Positions 10,199 through 19,293 of a DNA stretch of 64,000 nt are shown piece after piece (position 1 is the first letter of the stretch; every line of letters begins with the position of its first letter). The notes beneath the pieces were generated by a model, which was not told the origin of the DNA, searched no databases, and saw only the letters and a program-made list of their open reading frames with translations. Location: positions 384,001-448,000 of the forward strand of contig CAVYTU010000013.1 in the NCBI GenBank assembly GCA_963771465.1, read 5' to 3'. Source of the DNA: an uncultured delta proteobacterium (GTDB taxonomy: Bacteria > Desulfobacterota > Binatia > UBA9968). The position numbers and the translations under genes are program-made.

Positions 10199-10696
10199 AT
10201 GTTTCGTCGTGTCGATCTTCCCGCACAGGTTCCTGGGAAACTGCTACTCCACAGCATGCCGGGGCGCTATGAAGCGCTCGATCGTGTGTGGCATCAGGTG
10301 AGGAACGAAGCGGTTTGCGCCATCGTGTGTCTAGCCGAAATGGCTGAAGTTCGGGATAAGTCTGCCGAGTACGCTCGGGCGCTTGAAGAGGGCACGGTGC
10401 CTTGTGCGGTGCTGCAATTCGAGATTCCCGACCGCGGCGCCGCCGCCGACCGGGTTGCATTTTGGGCGCTTGCCGACGACATAGCGAAACGCTTGCACGC
10501 TGGTGAAGCCGTGCTGATTCATTGCGCCGGCGGCGTGGGCCGCACTGCAATGCTTGCGATTTGCGTGCTGCTCGCTCTCGGTGAACCGGCGAACGCGGCC
10601 CGCAGTGTGATCTCGCGGGCGGGGTCGACGATTGAAACCGCTCCTCAGAGCAGCCTCATTTCGTGGTGCGAATCGAAGGTCGGTGTCAAAGCGTAA
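10199..10696 (+). CDS. Dual-specificity/tyrosine protein phosphatase
   Basis: HCAGGVGRT (CX5R) catalytic motif, IPD acid loop, IET..Q. Confidence 0.85.
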   Translation: MFRRVDLPAQVPGKLLLHSMPGRYEALDRVWHQVRNEAVCAIVCLAEMAEVRDKSAEYARALEEGTVPCAVLQFEIPDRGAAADRVAFWALADDIAKRLHAGEAVLIHCAGGVGRTAMLAICVLLALGEPANAARSVISRAGSTIETAPQSSLISWCESKVGVKA

Positions 10697-10754
10697 CACC
10701 GAACCGTTGCGAATCACTGATAGACCGCTAGTTCTCAAAGCGCTCAGTACTATT

Positions 10755-11840
10755 TTAAACGAGGCCGAATTCTCTCCGCTCCGTCCGCGTGACGCGGATA
10801 TCGGAGCGCGGCAGCCGGGCGATGTCGAAGTGAGCGATCAGCTCGTTTGCGTGGATGCGCGGTGGCGCGTCGATGCCCGCGGAGCGAGCTACCCAGGAAA
10901 CGATCTGGCGCGGGTCGGCGCCGGCGGCGCGTAGTTGGGCGAGGGAAATATCGTCGCTGCGCTTGGCAAGGCGGCGGCCCGACTCGTCGGTGACCAAGGA
11001 CACATGCCACCAGCGCGGATGGCTGTAGCCGAACGCCTCTTGCAGCAGCCATTGCCGGGCGCAGCTTTCTAACAGGTCGGCGCCGCGCACGATCTCGGTG
11101 ACGCCTTGGCGCGCGTCATCGACGACGACGGCGAGTTGGTAGGCGGGCGTGCCGACGCGGCGCGAGATTGGAAAATCGCCAAGGGTCGCGCGGGCGTCGT
11201 ATTCACCCACACCTTGGATACCGTCCTCGATGCGCACGATGATATCCGGGACGACAAAGCGCAGCGCCGCTGGACGGCCGCTGGCTTGCTCCGCAGCCTC
11301 TAGACTTTTATATTTGCCGCGGCAAGTGCCGGGATAGATCGAGTTCGCTTCTCCGCCATGGGGCGCGGCGACGGCGGTCAGGATTTCCTTCCGCGTGCAG
11401 GTGCACGGATAGGCGAGACCGCGAGCGAGCAGCGATTGGGCTGCGGCGTCGATGTCGGCGGCGCCGCGCGATTGCACGTACGGTTCGCCGTCCCAGTCCA
11501 GTCCGAGCCAGCGCAAATCTTCGATGGTTGCTTCGAGCATGCCCGGCTTGATGCGCTCGACGTCTAAATCTTCCAGCCGCAGCACGATCCGACCGCCGCG
11601 CGTGCGGGCGTGCCACCAGGCGAGCAGAAAAGAGCGCGCGTGGCCGAGGTGCAAGTGACCTGTGGGGCTCGGCGCGAGCCGGCCGACGATGACCGCGCTC
11701 GTTGTGTCAGTCGGCGACGCCGTTAAAGAATTCTGGTCAACTGGCAAAGTATCTCCGTTGGAAATTTGTATTGCCTCTCTTTTTAACCCGTTCGCAAGCC
11801 GAACGTCCCCTGCGCTTGCTGGCATCGATCGAATGAACAC
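10755..11840 (-). CDS. gluQ: Glutamyl-Q tRNA(Asp) synthetase (true start probably ~11750)
   Basis: GRLAPSPTGHLHLGH, CTCTRKE..YPGTC, YQLAVVVDD, RGADLL, RLAKR; no anticodon-binding domain. Confidence 0.88.
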   Translation of the reverse strand: MFIRSMPASAGDVRLANGLKREAIQISNGDTLPVDQNSLTASPTDTTSAVIVGRLAPSPTGHLHLGHARSFLLAWWHARTRGGRIVLRLEDLDVERIKPGMLEATIEDLRWLGLDWDGEPYVQSRGAADIDAAAQSLLARGLAYPCTCTRKEILTAVAAPHGGEANSIYPGTCRGKYKSLEAAEQASGRPAALRFVVPDIIVRIEDGIQGVGEYDARATLGDFPISRRVGTPAYQLAVVVDDARQGVTEIVRGADLLESCARQWLLQEAFGYSHPRWWHVSLVTDESGRRLAKRSDDISLAQLRAAGADPRQIVSWVARSAGIDAPPRIHANELIAHFDIARLPRSDIRVTRTERREFGLV

Positions 11841-12113
11841 GGTGGCGCTGAAAAAAATATCTAACTTTCTTCGCGCGATCGATGGAGGGAAAAATCAATG
11901 GCGGCGCCAAGCGGAAATGATCAAGGAATAAGCGGTTTCAAATATAGCGCAGGAGAAGAAAATGAGTACTGACCCACGTCGGTCCAGGAACGCTGACGGG
12001 TTCCGCCGCAATTGGCTCGCCGGGATTCCGAGCCGAATATTTAGCCTGGCACCGAGCAAAGGAGAGGCTTGCCACCTTTGGTAATCACACTCGATGGCTT
12101 TTTTAAATTCCTT

Positions 12114-13178
12114 CTAATAGCCGTACTTCTCGACCACCGGCGCCAACCGTTCCAAGTTGCGCTTGACCTCGTCGGTCTGAGCCATTTCGTGCCACACTTC
12201 CTGAACCAAATCCTGCTGAATCATAGCGTCCAAATCCTTGCGCGTCACCGATTTGGACAGCACGCCGGCATCGATATGTTCTTCGAGGATGCGCCAGACG
12301 CCCTCCGGACTAAGCTGGCCGTCGAGCGGGAAAAACGAACTCTCCAACATGATGATCGGCACGAGATCGCGCATGCGCTCGGACTCATCCGGATTGTTGA
12401 CGCGCAGCTTGGCTTCGACATAGCGGCGAAATGGGTAGCTTTCGGGAATCATCCGCATCTGATGGTAAGCGCGGATGGTCGCTTTCCAGAAACGCTTGAT
12501 CAATTCCGGATTGCGCTCGATGAATGATTTCCGCGCCACGGTGACGCGATCGGGCCGGCCGTGGGGTTTGGAGTCCTCGACGAAGTCGTAGAGTTTATTG
12601 AAGCCTTGCTCGACCAATTGTGGCACCCACTGATTGCGTACGATGGCGGCGTCGGTATCGCCGGCCTGGAGCGGCTTCCAGGCTTCGCGCATGGAGCCGT
12701 ATTTGTAACCGATCTTCCACTCGACGTCGCGATCGGGGTCCAAGCCGGCCAGACGCATTTGCCGTTCGAGCCACAAGGTGGCGATGCCGCCGCGATACCA
12801 ATCGCCGATGCGTTTGCCTTTGAGTTCTTTGATCGACCTGACGCCGGGCGCGGTCACCAGCGAAGCGGGAAACCAATTGCGCCAGCCGCCGATGATTCTC
12901 AGCTCGTCATTGCCCAAGGCGCGCTCGGCGAACGGCGTGCGCACGTGCACGTCGGGAATGATGTCGATATTGAACGCGATCATATCGCGCAGCACCGTGC
13001 CGACCTCGTCATAGCGCTCGCCGTCGGGCCGGCTGGATTCCATGCCTTTGGCATAGATTTTTGCCGTGACGACTTCGACGTCGATCCCTTCTTGGGCGAA
13101 GAGACCGGCCTCGTGGCAATACGCCGCAACCTGCACATGACCCGCATGCCAACAACCGTTACCCACACGAAGTTTCAT
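12114..13178 (-). CDS. ABC substrate-binding protein, SsuA/NMT1-like
   Basis: GLFAQEGIDVEV, SIKELKGKRIG, GLDPDRDV, FIERNPELIKRF; no clear signal peptide. Confidence 0.7.
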   Translation of the reverse strand: MKLRVGNGCWHAGHVQVAAYCHEAGLFAQEGIDVEVVTAKIYAKGMESSRPDGERYDEVGTVLRDMIAFNIDIIPDVHVRTPFAERALGNDELRIIGGWRNWFPASLVTAPGVRSIKELKGKRIGDWYRGGIATLWLERQMRLAGLDPDRDVEWKIGYKYGSMREAWKPLQAGDTDAAIVRNQWVPQLVEQGFNKLYDFVEDSKPHGRPDRVTVARKSFIERNPELIKRFWKATIRAYHQMRMIPESYPFRRYVEAKLRVNNPDESERMRDLVPIIMLESSFFPLDGQLSPEGVWRILEEHIDAGVLSKSVTRKDLDAMIQQDLVQEVWHEMAQTDEVKRNLERLAPVVEKYGY

Positions 13179-13324
13179 CGTTCACTCCAGAGCAAAGTTT
13201 TCATAAGCTAGCAAGCTGCTCGGCCAAACGTCAAACAGACTGGACGTTTCATTCACCACCTCGCTGCTTCAAGCATAGCGCCATTGGCTGTAACAGCTAT
13301 CATTTAATCTCGCAAAATATTCTT

Positions 13325-13351
13325 TGGCGGAGAAGGGAGGAGGTCGAACCC
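13325..13351 (-). repeat. att-like duplication of the tRNA-Sec 3' end
   Basis: 16 bp identical, 25/27 overall, including the CCA end and T-arm. Confidence 0.8.
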
Positions 13352-13374
13352 ATCGAAACATGCCCGCCGAGGCG

Positions 13375-14535
13375 TCATTCTCGCAGCAACGCGGATGCTC
13401 TATCGACAAGTGTCTGCTCGTCCCAGTGAAGGCGTTCGAATGAAGCGGCGATCCTGCCGTCGTTATCAAGGATGTAAGCTTCGATTTTGTGGCGGTTGAC
13501 CAGCGATTCGATGAAGTTGACGCCCAGCTCAAAATAGCTACAAAGAGCATCGAAACTGTCAATGGACCTTAGTATTCTATGGCCGGCATGAAGGCGTACG
13601 CCGCGGTGTTTTCCATAAGCGCGCAATCGCTCGGGTAGATCGTAGGCGGGATCATATGTAATCGCGGCCGTATGGATTAACTCGCTGAGTCCTTGTTCTC
13701 TCAGCAGCTTTTGCACGGATGCAAGCTTGGTGATCGTGAGCGAGCACTTCAGGGGATTGTCGCAGCGGGTGTAGAAGAAAACGACGATTGATGGATGCCC
13801 GTAAAAAAATTCCTTGAAGGTAAGCGAGGCACCCTCATGGTCCTCAAAGACAATCTTTTCGACGGATTCGGAACTGCAACGGGTGTCACGTGCCCATGAA
13901 ACTACACTGTTGACGGGGGCCGGTGAGGCACAGCAAGAGTGATTATTCGGCTCGCTCGTTTGATCACCACGACGAATCGCCTCAACAGCGCGATCTACAT
14001 CATCCAGGAATCTCTTCGGAAGCCCGCCGTCCTTCGTGCCCAAAGACTCCACCTGGGGCAGAATCTCCCGCGCACTCGGTCCCATCCATTCTAACGTTGC
14101 AAGTAGTTCTCTAACCGGGCTTGTCGCCCCGTGAGATTCAGAGTATGCGCCGTAGTTCTCGAAGGATACGGGTTCATCATGATACCTGATGTTGGCGAGC
14201 GCGCGGATCAGGTAGGGCGCGAAAAATGCGGATGGATTCGGGTAGGACCGCAAGGCGCGTGCCGCGGCCGCGACAAGATAGGCGTCAACACCCGTATCAA
14301 GTTCTTCGAGCACGAAGATCAACGCGGGTTCCGATAGGCCGACGTGCGACAGAGCATGTAGAACCCAGCCGCGCATCCTGACAATCGCTGCAGTTCCACG
14401 CTGATCGTAGCAGGGATGATCTTCGCGCAATAGATCAGTTAACTGTTCGCGCCTGGTTGGATCGCCAGCAAGCGATTCAACCAACGATGCAAACTCCCGT
14501 TCCGACTGTGCAGTAGTCGCTCTCGAATCCTGCAT
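13375..14535 (-). CDS. SCO-family copper protein with N-terminal HEAT-like domain
   Basis: FFYTRCDNPLKC, ITYDPAYDLPERLRAY, VNRH; RBS gaggagg before ATG 14535. Confidence 0.8.
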   Translation of the reverse strand: MQDSRATTAQSEREFASLVESLAGDPTRREQLTDLLREDHPCYDQRGTAAIVRMRGWVLHALSHVGLSEPALIFVLEELDTGVDAYLVAAAARALRSYPNPSAFFAPYLIRALANIRYHDEPVSFENYGAYSESHGATSPVRELLATLEWMGPSAREILPQVESLGTKDGGLPKRFLDDVDRAVEAIRRGDQTSEPNNHSCCASPAPVNSVVSWARDTRCSSESVEKIVFEDHEGASLTFKEFFYGHPSIVVFFYTRCDNPLKCSLTITKLASVQKLLREQGLSELIHTAAITYDPAYDLPERLRAYGKHRGVRLHAGHRILRSIDSFDALCSYFELGVNFIESLVNRHKIEAYILDNDGRIAASFERLHWDEQTLVDRASALLRE

Positions 14536-14546
14536 TGTTCGCCTCC

Positions 14547-15431
14547 TCACTGACCATACTTGCTGAGGAACTGCCGTGCGGATTGTTTGACCACGCTTGA
14601 TCCCTTGCCGCCGAGGCGTTTTACGCGCCTAAGAAGTACGCTGTCATTGACTATGGCCACTTGGTCGCCGAACTGCTTAAGTGCAGTCAGGCAAGTGGCC
14701 TGAATCTCATCATGCTCCGAGGTGTCTAGTAAAATCTCGCGGGCGTGAGTGCGTAATTTGTCCGGTTTGATCGCCTGTAGGGCAGCGGCGGAGATCTGCC
14801 GATTCTCAGACGTTTCTTTTTTGTCGCGCAAGACTTTCTCGAACGTGGGTGCAGCGTTGGCATCGGCGGCGAGGAGACGTAACGCTTCTCGCTTTGCGGT
14901 CGCATTGGGTGGATTGCCAACGATCGCACGCGCGATTGGATAAGCTTCGGCGTGTACATCGTAACTGAGAAGCTGGAGTGCCTTCTCAGGTGGAAGTAAC
15001 GCTTTGTCAGGTTGCTGCAGCCCTTCGAGCAGCTTCTTTTGTGCAAAACCATCTTTCTCGCGTGCGAGGATACCGAGCACGCGCTGACGGAGCTCTAGAT
15101 CTTTGTCCGCTGCCACCGCGCGCAAGGTCGCAATGTAGTCCGTACGGCACGACTCGAACGCGACGACGCTAAAACTTGCGGCTTGTAGTGCCTGTAACGC
15201 GGCTAGCCGTACCTCGATAGGTTCTTTCTCTTCGCGCAGGATTTTCAGGACCGTTTGCAGACTCTTGTCATCCTCACACATGGCCAGAGGCACATCCGCC
15301 ATGGCTTTGACCCGCGCTTTGATCGAGTTTTTCGCATTGGTCCCGAACGCAAGCGCACGCTGTGCAATCCGGCGGGGATTTTGGGCCGATTTCCGGCTCT
15401 TTGCAGATTTAGGTTTAGATTTCTTGGGCAT
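14547..15431 (-). CDS. HEAT-repeat protein
   Basis: Repeated VRLAALQAL, LRQRVLGIL, AKREALRLL, RQISAAAL helices; basic N-terminus. Confidence 0.7.
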   Translation of the reverse strand: MPKKSKPKSAKSRKSAQNPRRIAQRALAFGTNAKNSIKARVKAMADVPLAMCEDDKSLQTVLKILREEKEPIEVRLAALQALQAASFSVVAFESCRTDYIATLRAVAADKDLELRQRVLGILAREKDGFAQKKLLEGLQQPDKALLPPEKALQLLSYDVHAEAYPIARAIVGNPPNATAKREALRLLAADANAAPTFEKVLRDKKETSENRQISAAALQAIKPDKLRTHAREILLDTSEHDEIQATCLTALKQFGDQVAIVNDSVLLRRVKRLGGKGSSVVKQSARQFLSKYGQ

Positions 15432-15458
15432 GGTGGCTATCTCCTCGTTTCGAGCATT

Positions 15459-16682
15459 TCATGAAAAAGGCGCATCGTCGTAGTCGAATCCCAACCGTGT
15501 AAGAGGATTTAGGGTACCTTGGTAATCCAGACAATCACGCACGCGTGGCTGGGGTCCCGGGGCAGTGACGCTTGGCGATGATGCTAACGCACCACCCGGC
15601 GCTGTCGGAGGACGCGTGCCTCCAGTAATCCCATTCCACGGCCACATTGTATCAGGGAGATTATGGCCAATGCGGCTTACGGGAGTACTGTCGTATGAGG
15701 CTGCCTGGCCCGGATCAAAACGGCGGAACTGACGCTGCCACTTAGCCCATAGCCGATCGACATTGCAGTGTAGCAAGAAGAACAGTGGATCTCGTGCAGC
15801 GGTTGGGATGCTAGAAATCGATCCACCGAAGCTCGTGTGCGCTGAACCATGCGGATTGCCTTCCATTGTCCGGAATGATCGGTATTGGTTGCCAAGTCCA
15901 AGTGTGTTCGCCTCGTTACGCAACCCAGGCGGCGCCGAATTTGTGCTGAAAAAAGGTCGGCGATTGATTCCCTGGACGCCATCGGTCACCCAGAATCGCA
16001 ATGGGTTGTTTGCGCTGAACTGGACTGTACCAAGCGGGTCGGACGCACCAAGAAAATCGCGGGTGAAAATATTTGGCGCTGGCTGATCGAATCGCCAGTA
16101 AGGGAGTGAAACGCTTGGATCGATCGTTTGGAGCTCCCGTTCGAGATCCAGCAAATAAGCCCGATGCCAAGGCAAAAAAGCTGGAGCGCCATGCGCCTGG
16201 GGAGAGGCAACTTGGGTGTGCATATCGCGAAAGTCGGCGAAACGCCCTGCGCCTTGGTTGTTAAGTTGTGCAAACGCTGAATTCAATCGGTCGCGCTCTG
16301 CCGGCGTGAGGGTGTTGGCATTCTTTCGGATGCGTACCATGACCGGTACTGAGCCAACGAGTGTGGTTCCGGAGCGGGCTTCTATCGTTACATCACCGTT
16401 ATTGACACTCGGACGTCCGAAGCTGCCCGCGATAAAAAACGACACGGAAGTACCAGTTATCGGAACCGGCAAAGTTAAATCATTGGAAAATGTATCTGTG
16501 GCGTTTCTTCGGAATACGACCGCGCCCCCGGCTGCTTGCGATCGTCCTGTAATCCGCACACTGATTGTCGGCGATGTAGTACCAGACGGGTCGCTCACGC
16601 GGATGCGGCACGGGGATGGAACCCAGGAAAGAAATCTCGTTTTTGGATCTGCACTGTTATTAATCTGAAGTTCCACTCTCAA
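15459..16682 (-). CDS. Tyrosinase-family (type-3 copper) protein with N-terminal beta domain
   Basis: CuA MH..AH..FLPWHR and CuB NPH..AH..DPLFFLLH; LPYW; FDYD; TTG start with RBS aaaggagg. Confidence 0.9.
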   Translation of the reverse strand: MRVELQINNSADPKTRFLSWVPSPCRIRVSDPSGTTSPTISVRITGRSQAAGGAVVFRRNATDTFSNDLTLPVPITGTSVSFFIAGSFGRPSVNNGDVTIEARSGTTLVGSVPVMVRIRKNANTLTPAERDRLNSAFAQLNNQGAGRFADFRDMHTQVASPQAHGAPAFLPWHRAYLLDLERELQTIDPSVSLPYWRFDQPAPNIFTRDFLGASDPLGTVQFSANNPLRFWVTDGVQGINRRPFFSTNSAPPGLRNEANTLGLGNQYRSFRTMEGNPHGSAHTSFGGSISSIPTAARDPLFFLLHCNVDRLWAKWQRQFRRFDPGQAASYDSTPVSRIGHNLPDTMWPWNGITGGTRPPTAPGGALASSPSVTAPGPQPRVRDCLDYQGTLNPLTRLGFDYDDAPFS

Positions 16683-16731
16683 GATGAAGTCCTCCTTTCG
16701 CCCTTATGGATATGCACTCGTCGTTTCCATG

Positions 16732-16746
16732 GCACGAGCGATGCCT
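16732..16746 (-). promoter_or_regulatory. Possible sigma54 promoter of the tyrosinase operon
   Basis: AGGCAT-CGCTC-GTGC (GG-N10-GC); overlaps a plus-strand TGGCACGAGCGATGC. Confidence 0.35.
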
Positions 16747-16987
16747 CCCAAAAGTTAGTGTCAATTTCAAGATCTGTCAATTAACAAAAACCAAGTGAGA
16801 ATGAGACAACCATTTCCTGCGGTCTGACACCGATGCAATGTATTCATTGGATGTCCAACGAGTGGGAGCCGAATGAAGTTCCACTACCATTTTAATCGGC
16901 GATTGTAGGTTAAACGCGATGACCTATCAAAACCCGTCACTGAGGTTATAGGTATCGGCTCGTTGAGTCGAAAATCCGCGAGACACC

Positions 16988-17082
16988 TGGCGGAGAAGGG
17001 AGGGAGTCGAACCCTCCGGGGACCTTACGACCCCCAGACTGGTTTTGAAGACCAGCGGCACCACCGGGCACCTTCCTTCTCC
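16988..17082 (-). tRNA. selC: tRNA-Sec (anticodon TCA)
   Basis: 95 nt; anticodon arm ctggt-cTTCAAa-accag, long variable arm, GGTTCGACTCC T-arm, extended acceptor stem, CCA end. Confidence 0.93.
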
Positions 17083-17319
17083 TCATGGTGAAGCCGCTAA
17101 CTTAGAATGGCTGAGGGATTTCAGCAAGTGGACTGCTGAAATCGAACGTGAAAGTTCGCTGAGGAAGATCTCAAGCGCACGAAATTCGTCCGGGCGAAAC
17201 CTTACGAGCTGGCTTCGCTCATACACTTGCCTGGATCATCGCTCTCTGTGCGTTTGCTCTCCTTGACCTTGGGCAGCGCCGCGGACACCGTCGTAGGCAA
17301 GCGGCAGCGACGGTGGATT

Positions 17320-17943
17320 TCATCGACCGGCCAACCGCACGGTGCTCGCCTGCGGCCCTTTCTCGCCCATCTCTTCGGCGAAGTGAACTTCATGGCCGAC
17401 TTCCAAATGATCGAATCCCGGCGCCAGCACGCTATTTTTGTGAAAGTAGACCTCGCGCCCGTCGAGAGTCTCGAGAAAACCATAATCCTCGATGGGGAAA
17501 AGTTTGACGATACGTGCGGTGGGTGCGGGCTCGTGGAGTTTGACCTTGCCGCGTCGGCGACGGGCGTGGTCCTGCAGCTTTCTTCCCGCCGCGTTAAACG
17601 CGTCGCGGATGGCGACGTAAAGATCTTCATGTGCCGCATGTTTGCTGGGCTCATGAACCTCGGCGAAATCTTTCTCCGGCTCTTCGCCAACGTTTAACTT
17701 GGTAGCCGCCAATCGTTTTGGCGCCCGGTTGACGACTAATTCAGCGCCGGGAACAGTCAAGTCGATCCGCGTCAGATACGCTTTCCCTTTGTGGTGGTGG
17801 CGATGCGGCGCTTCCACGATGACCCGGCAGCTCATGATCTCAGGATAAAGCTCATCGAGCTTGGCCGCCTTCTCGCGCACGTTGCTTTCGATCGCCGGCG
17901 ACGGCGCCATGTTGCGAAAGGTGATCTGCAAGGGAATTTTCAT
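17320..17943 (-). CDS. HPF/RaiA ribosome-associated protein fused to a cold-shock domain
   Basis: LQITFRNM..S.AIE, DLYVAIRDAF.AA.R.L; CSD YGFLETLDGREVYFH..GPQAS. Confidence 0.9.
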   Translation of the reverse strand: MKIPLQITFRNMAPSPAIESNVREKAAKLDELYPEIMSCRVIVEAPHRHHHKGKAYLTRIDLTVPGAELVVNRAPKRLAATKLNVGEEPEKDFAEVHEPSKHAAHEDLYVAIRDAFNAAGRKLQDHARRRRGKVKLHEPAPTARIVKLFPIEDYGFLETLDGREVYFHKNSVLAPGFDHLEVGHEVHFAEEMGEKGPQASTVRLAGR

Positions 17944-18014
17944 ATTTCACGATCCTCCAGTTTGTATTGTAGTTCGGCCAATCTGCTTTTCTACTCGCGC
18001 GCACAAAAAAAACG

Positions 18015-18029
18015 GCAAGAGATGTGCCA
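18015..18029 (-). promoter_or_regulatory. sigma54 promoter
   Basis: TGGCAC-ATCTC-TTGC. Confidence 0.75.
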
Positions 18030-18203
18030 GACATACTGATCTCGTGGAAAAAAACGCGGAATTTTCCAAGGAATTGTTCCATCTTAGTGATGTTCACACC
18101 AGATTTTTGGCATACCTGAGAATAAATCTTAGTAAGTTTCTTACCGATGATAATGGGGAGGTTTCGACACTGTTGATGTTTGAGTCGTGGGTTGGAATGA
18201 TTC

Positions 18204-18218
18204 AGGCACAAATATTGC
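18204..18218 (+). promoter_or_regulatory. sigma54 promoter
   Basis: AGGCAC-AAATA-TTGC. Confidence 0.7.
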
Positions 18219-18268
18219 GGCTGTACGGATTCAGGTGCAGCAAATGACGTTTCAGAAAGGAGGTGTTT

Positions 18269-18754
18269 ATGGCGATAGTAAAAAGGCTAAAAGATAATCT
18301 CGACGAGGGGAATATCTCCTACGAAGTTTACAATCATGCGCTCGCGTATACGGCGCAAGAGATCGCCGCCAAACAGCATGTCTCGGGCAACGAACTGGCC
18401 AAGGTGGTAATGCTCGAAGCGGACGATCAGCTGATTATGGGCGTCATTCGCGGCAACGACAAGGTCGATTTGCATACGGTTGAGGACAGCCTCGGCGTCC
18501 ACCGCGTTCGGCTGGCGACGGAAGCTGAGTTTATCGCTCGCTTTCCGGAATGCGAGATCGGCGCCATGCCGCCGTTCGGAAATTTATTCGGTGTGAAAGT
18601 ATTTGTCGATCCGGCGCTGGAAAAGGATGAATATATTTTCTTTAACGCGGGTAATCACGTGCAGACGGTGCGACTCAAATACAAAGATTTTGCACGATTG
18701 GCGCAGCCAGCGGTCGTCCGACTGGCCGGCGAGCGGAGCAAATTCGGCGCATAG
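18269..18754 (+). CDS. YbaK/EbsC aminoacyl-tRNA deacylase family
   Basis: TAQEIA, LAKVV, CEIGAMPPFG, FNAGNH. Confidence 0.88.
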   Translation: MAIVKRLKDNLDEGNISYEVYNHALAYTAQEIAAKQHVSGNELAKVVMLEADDQLIMGVIRGNDKVDLHTVEDSLGVHRVRLATEAEFIARFPECEIGAMPPFGNLFGVKVFVDPALEKDEYIFFNAGNHVQTVRLKYKDFARLAQPAVVRLAGERSKFGA

Positions 18755-18771
18755 CGAGAAGGAGATGGATC

Positions 18772-19293
18772 ATGAACTTGGATTTCAAGCGGATACTTTG
18801 CCCGGTGGATATGTCGGAATTTTCGCTCGATGCGTTGCGCTTGGCGGTCAAGTTGGCCGAATGTAGTGATGCCACGCTGGATATATTGCACGTGATTCAC
18901 AACCCCTTTGACGAGTTGTATATGACCGCAATTGCGGAGACTAATCCGGCGCTGCTCGACGCCTACGCTTCAGAACCGCAAAAGCGGGCAAAAATTTTGC
19001 GGGCGACCGAAGAGCACTCGGAGGTATTACTCAAACAGTTCTGCCACGATTGGGTAAAGCATCATTCAAAGTTGCGCTACCACGTGCGCAGCGGCGATCC
19101 TTTCGAACTGATTCTCGACGGCGCCCAGAATTTCCGGACCGATCTGATCGTGTTGGCGACTCATGGCCGCACCGGCATCAAGCGCCTGGTGATCGGCAAC
19201 GTCGCCGAGAAGGTGGTGCGTCACGCGCCGTGCCCGGTGCTGACGGTCAAAGCAAAAGCGCCAAGCGAAGACGCGGCCTCTAAGGAGGAATGA
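18772..19293 (+). CDS. Universal stress protein
   Basis: RILCPVDMSEFS; DLIVLATHGRTG..IGNVAEKVVRHAPCPVL. Confidence 0.92.
   Translation: MNLDFKRILCPVDMSEFSLDALRLAVKLAECSDATLDILHVIHNPFDELYMTAIAETNPALLDAYASEPQKRAKILRATEEHSEVLLKQFCHDWVKHHSKLRYHVRSGDPFELILDGAQNFRTDLIVLATHGRTGIKRLVIGNVAEKVVRHAPCPVLTVKAKAPSEDAASKEE

Larger units (their letters stand above)
13325..17014. mobile_element. Integrase-less genomic islet inserted at the tRNA-Sec 3' end
   Basis: tggcggagaagggaggaggtcgaaccc (13325-13351) matches the tRNA 3' end tggcggagaagggagggagtcgaaccc (16988-17014) at 25/27. Confidence 0.75.

Noticed and set aside
10755-11840. Glutamate-tRNA ligase GltX
   Set aside because: Too short and lacks the anticodon-binding domain; fits GluQ
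16750-16987. Integrase or its remnant next to selC
   Set aside because: No ORF or recognisable recombinase motif
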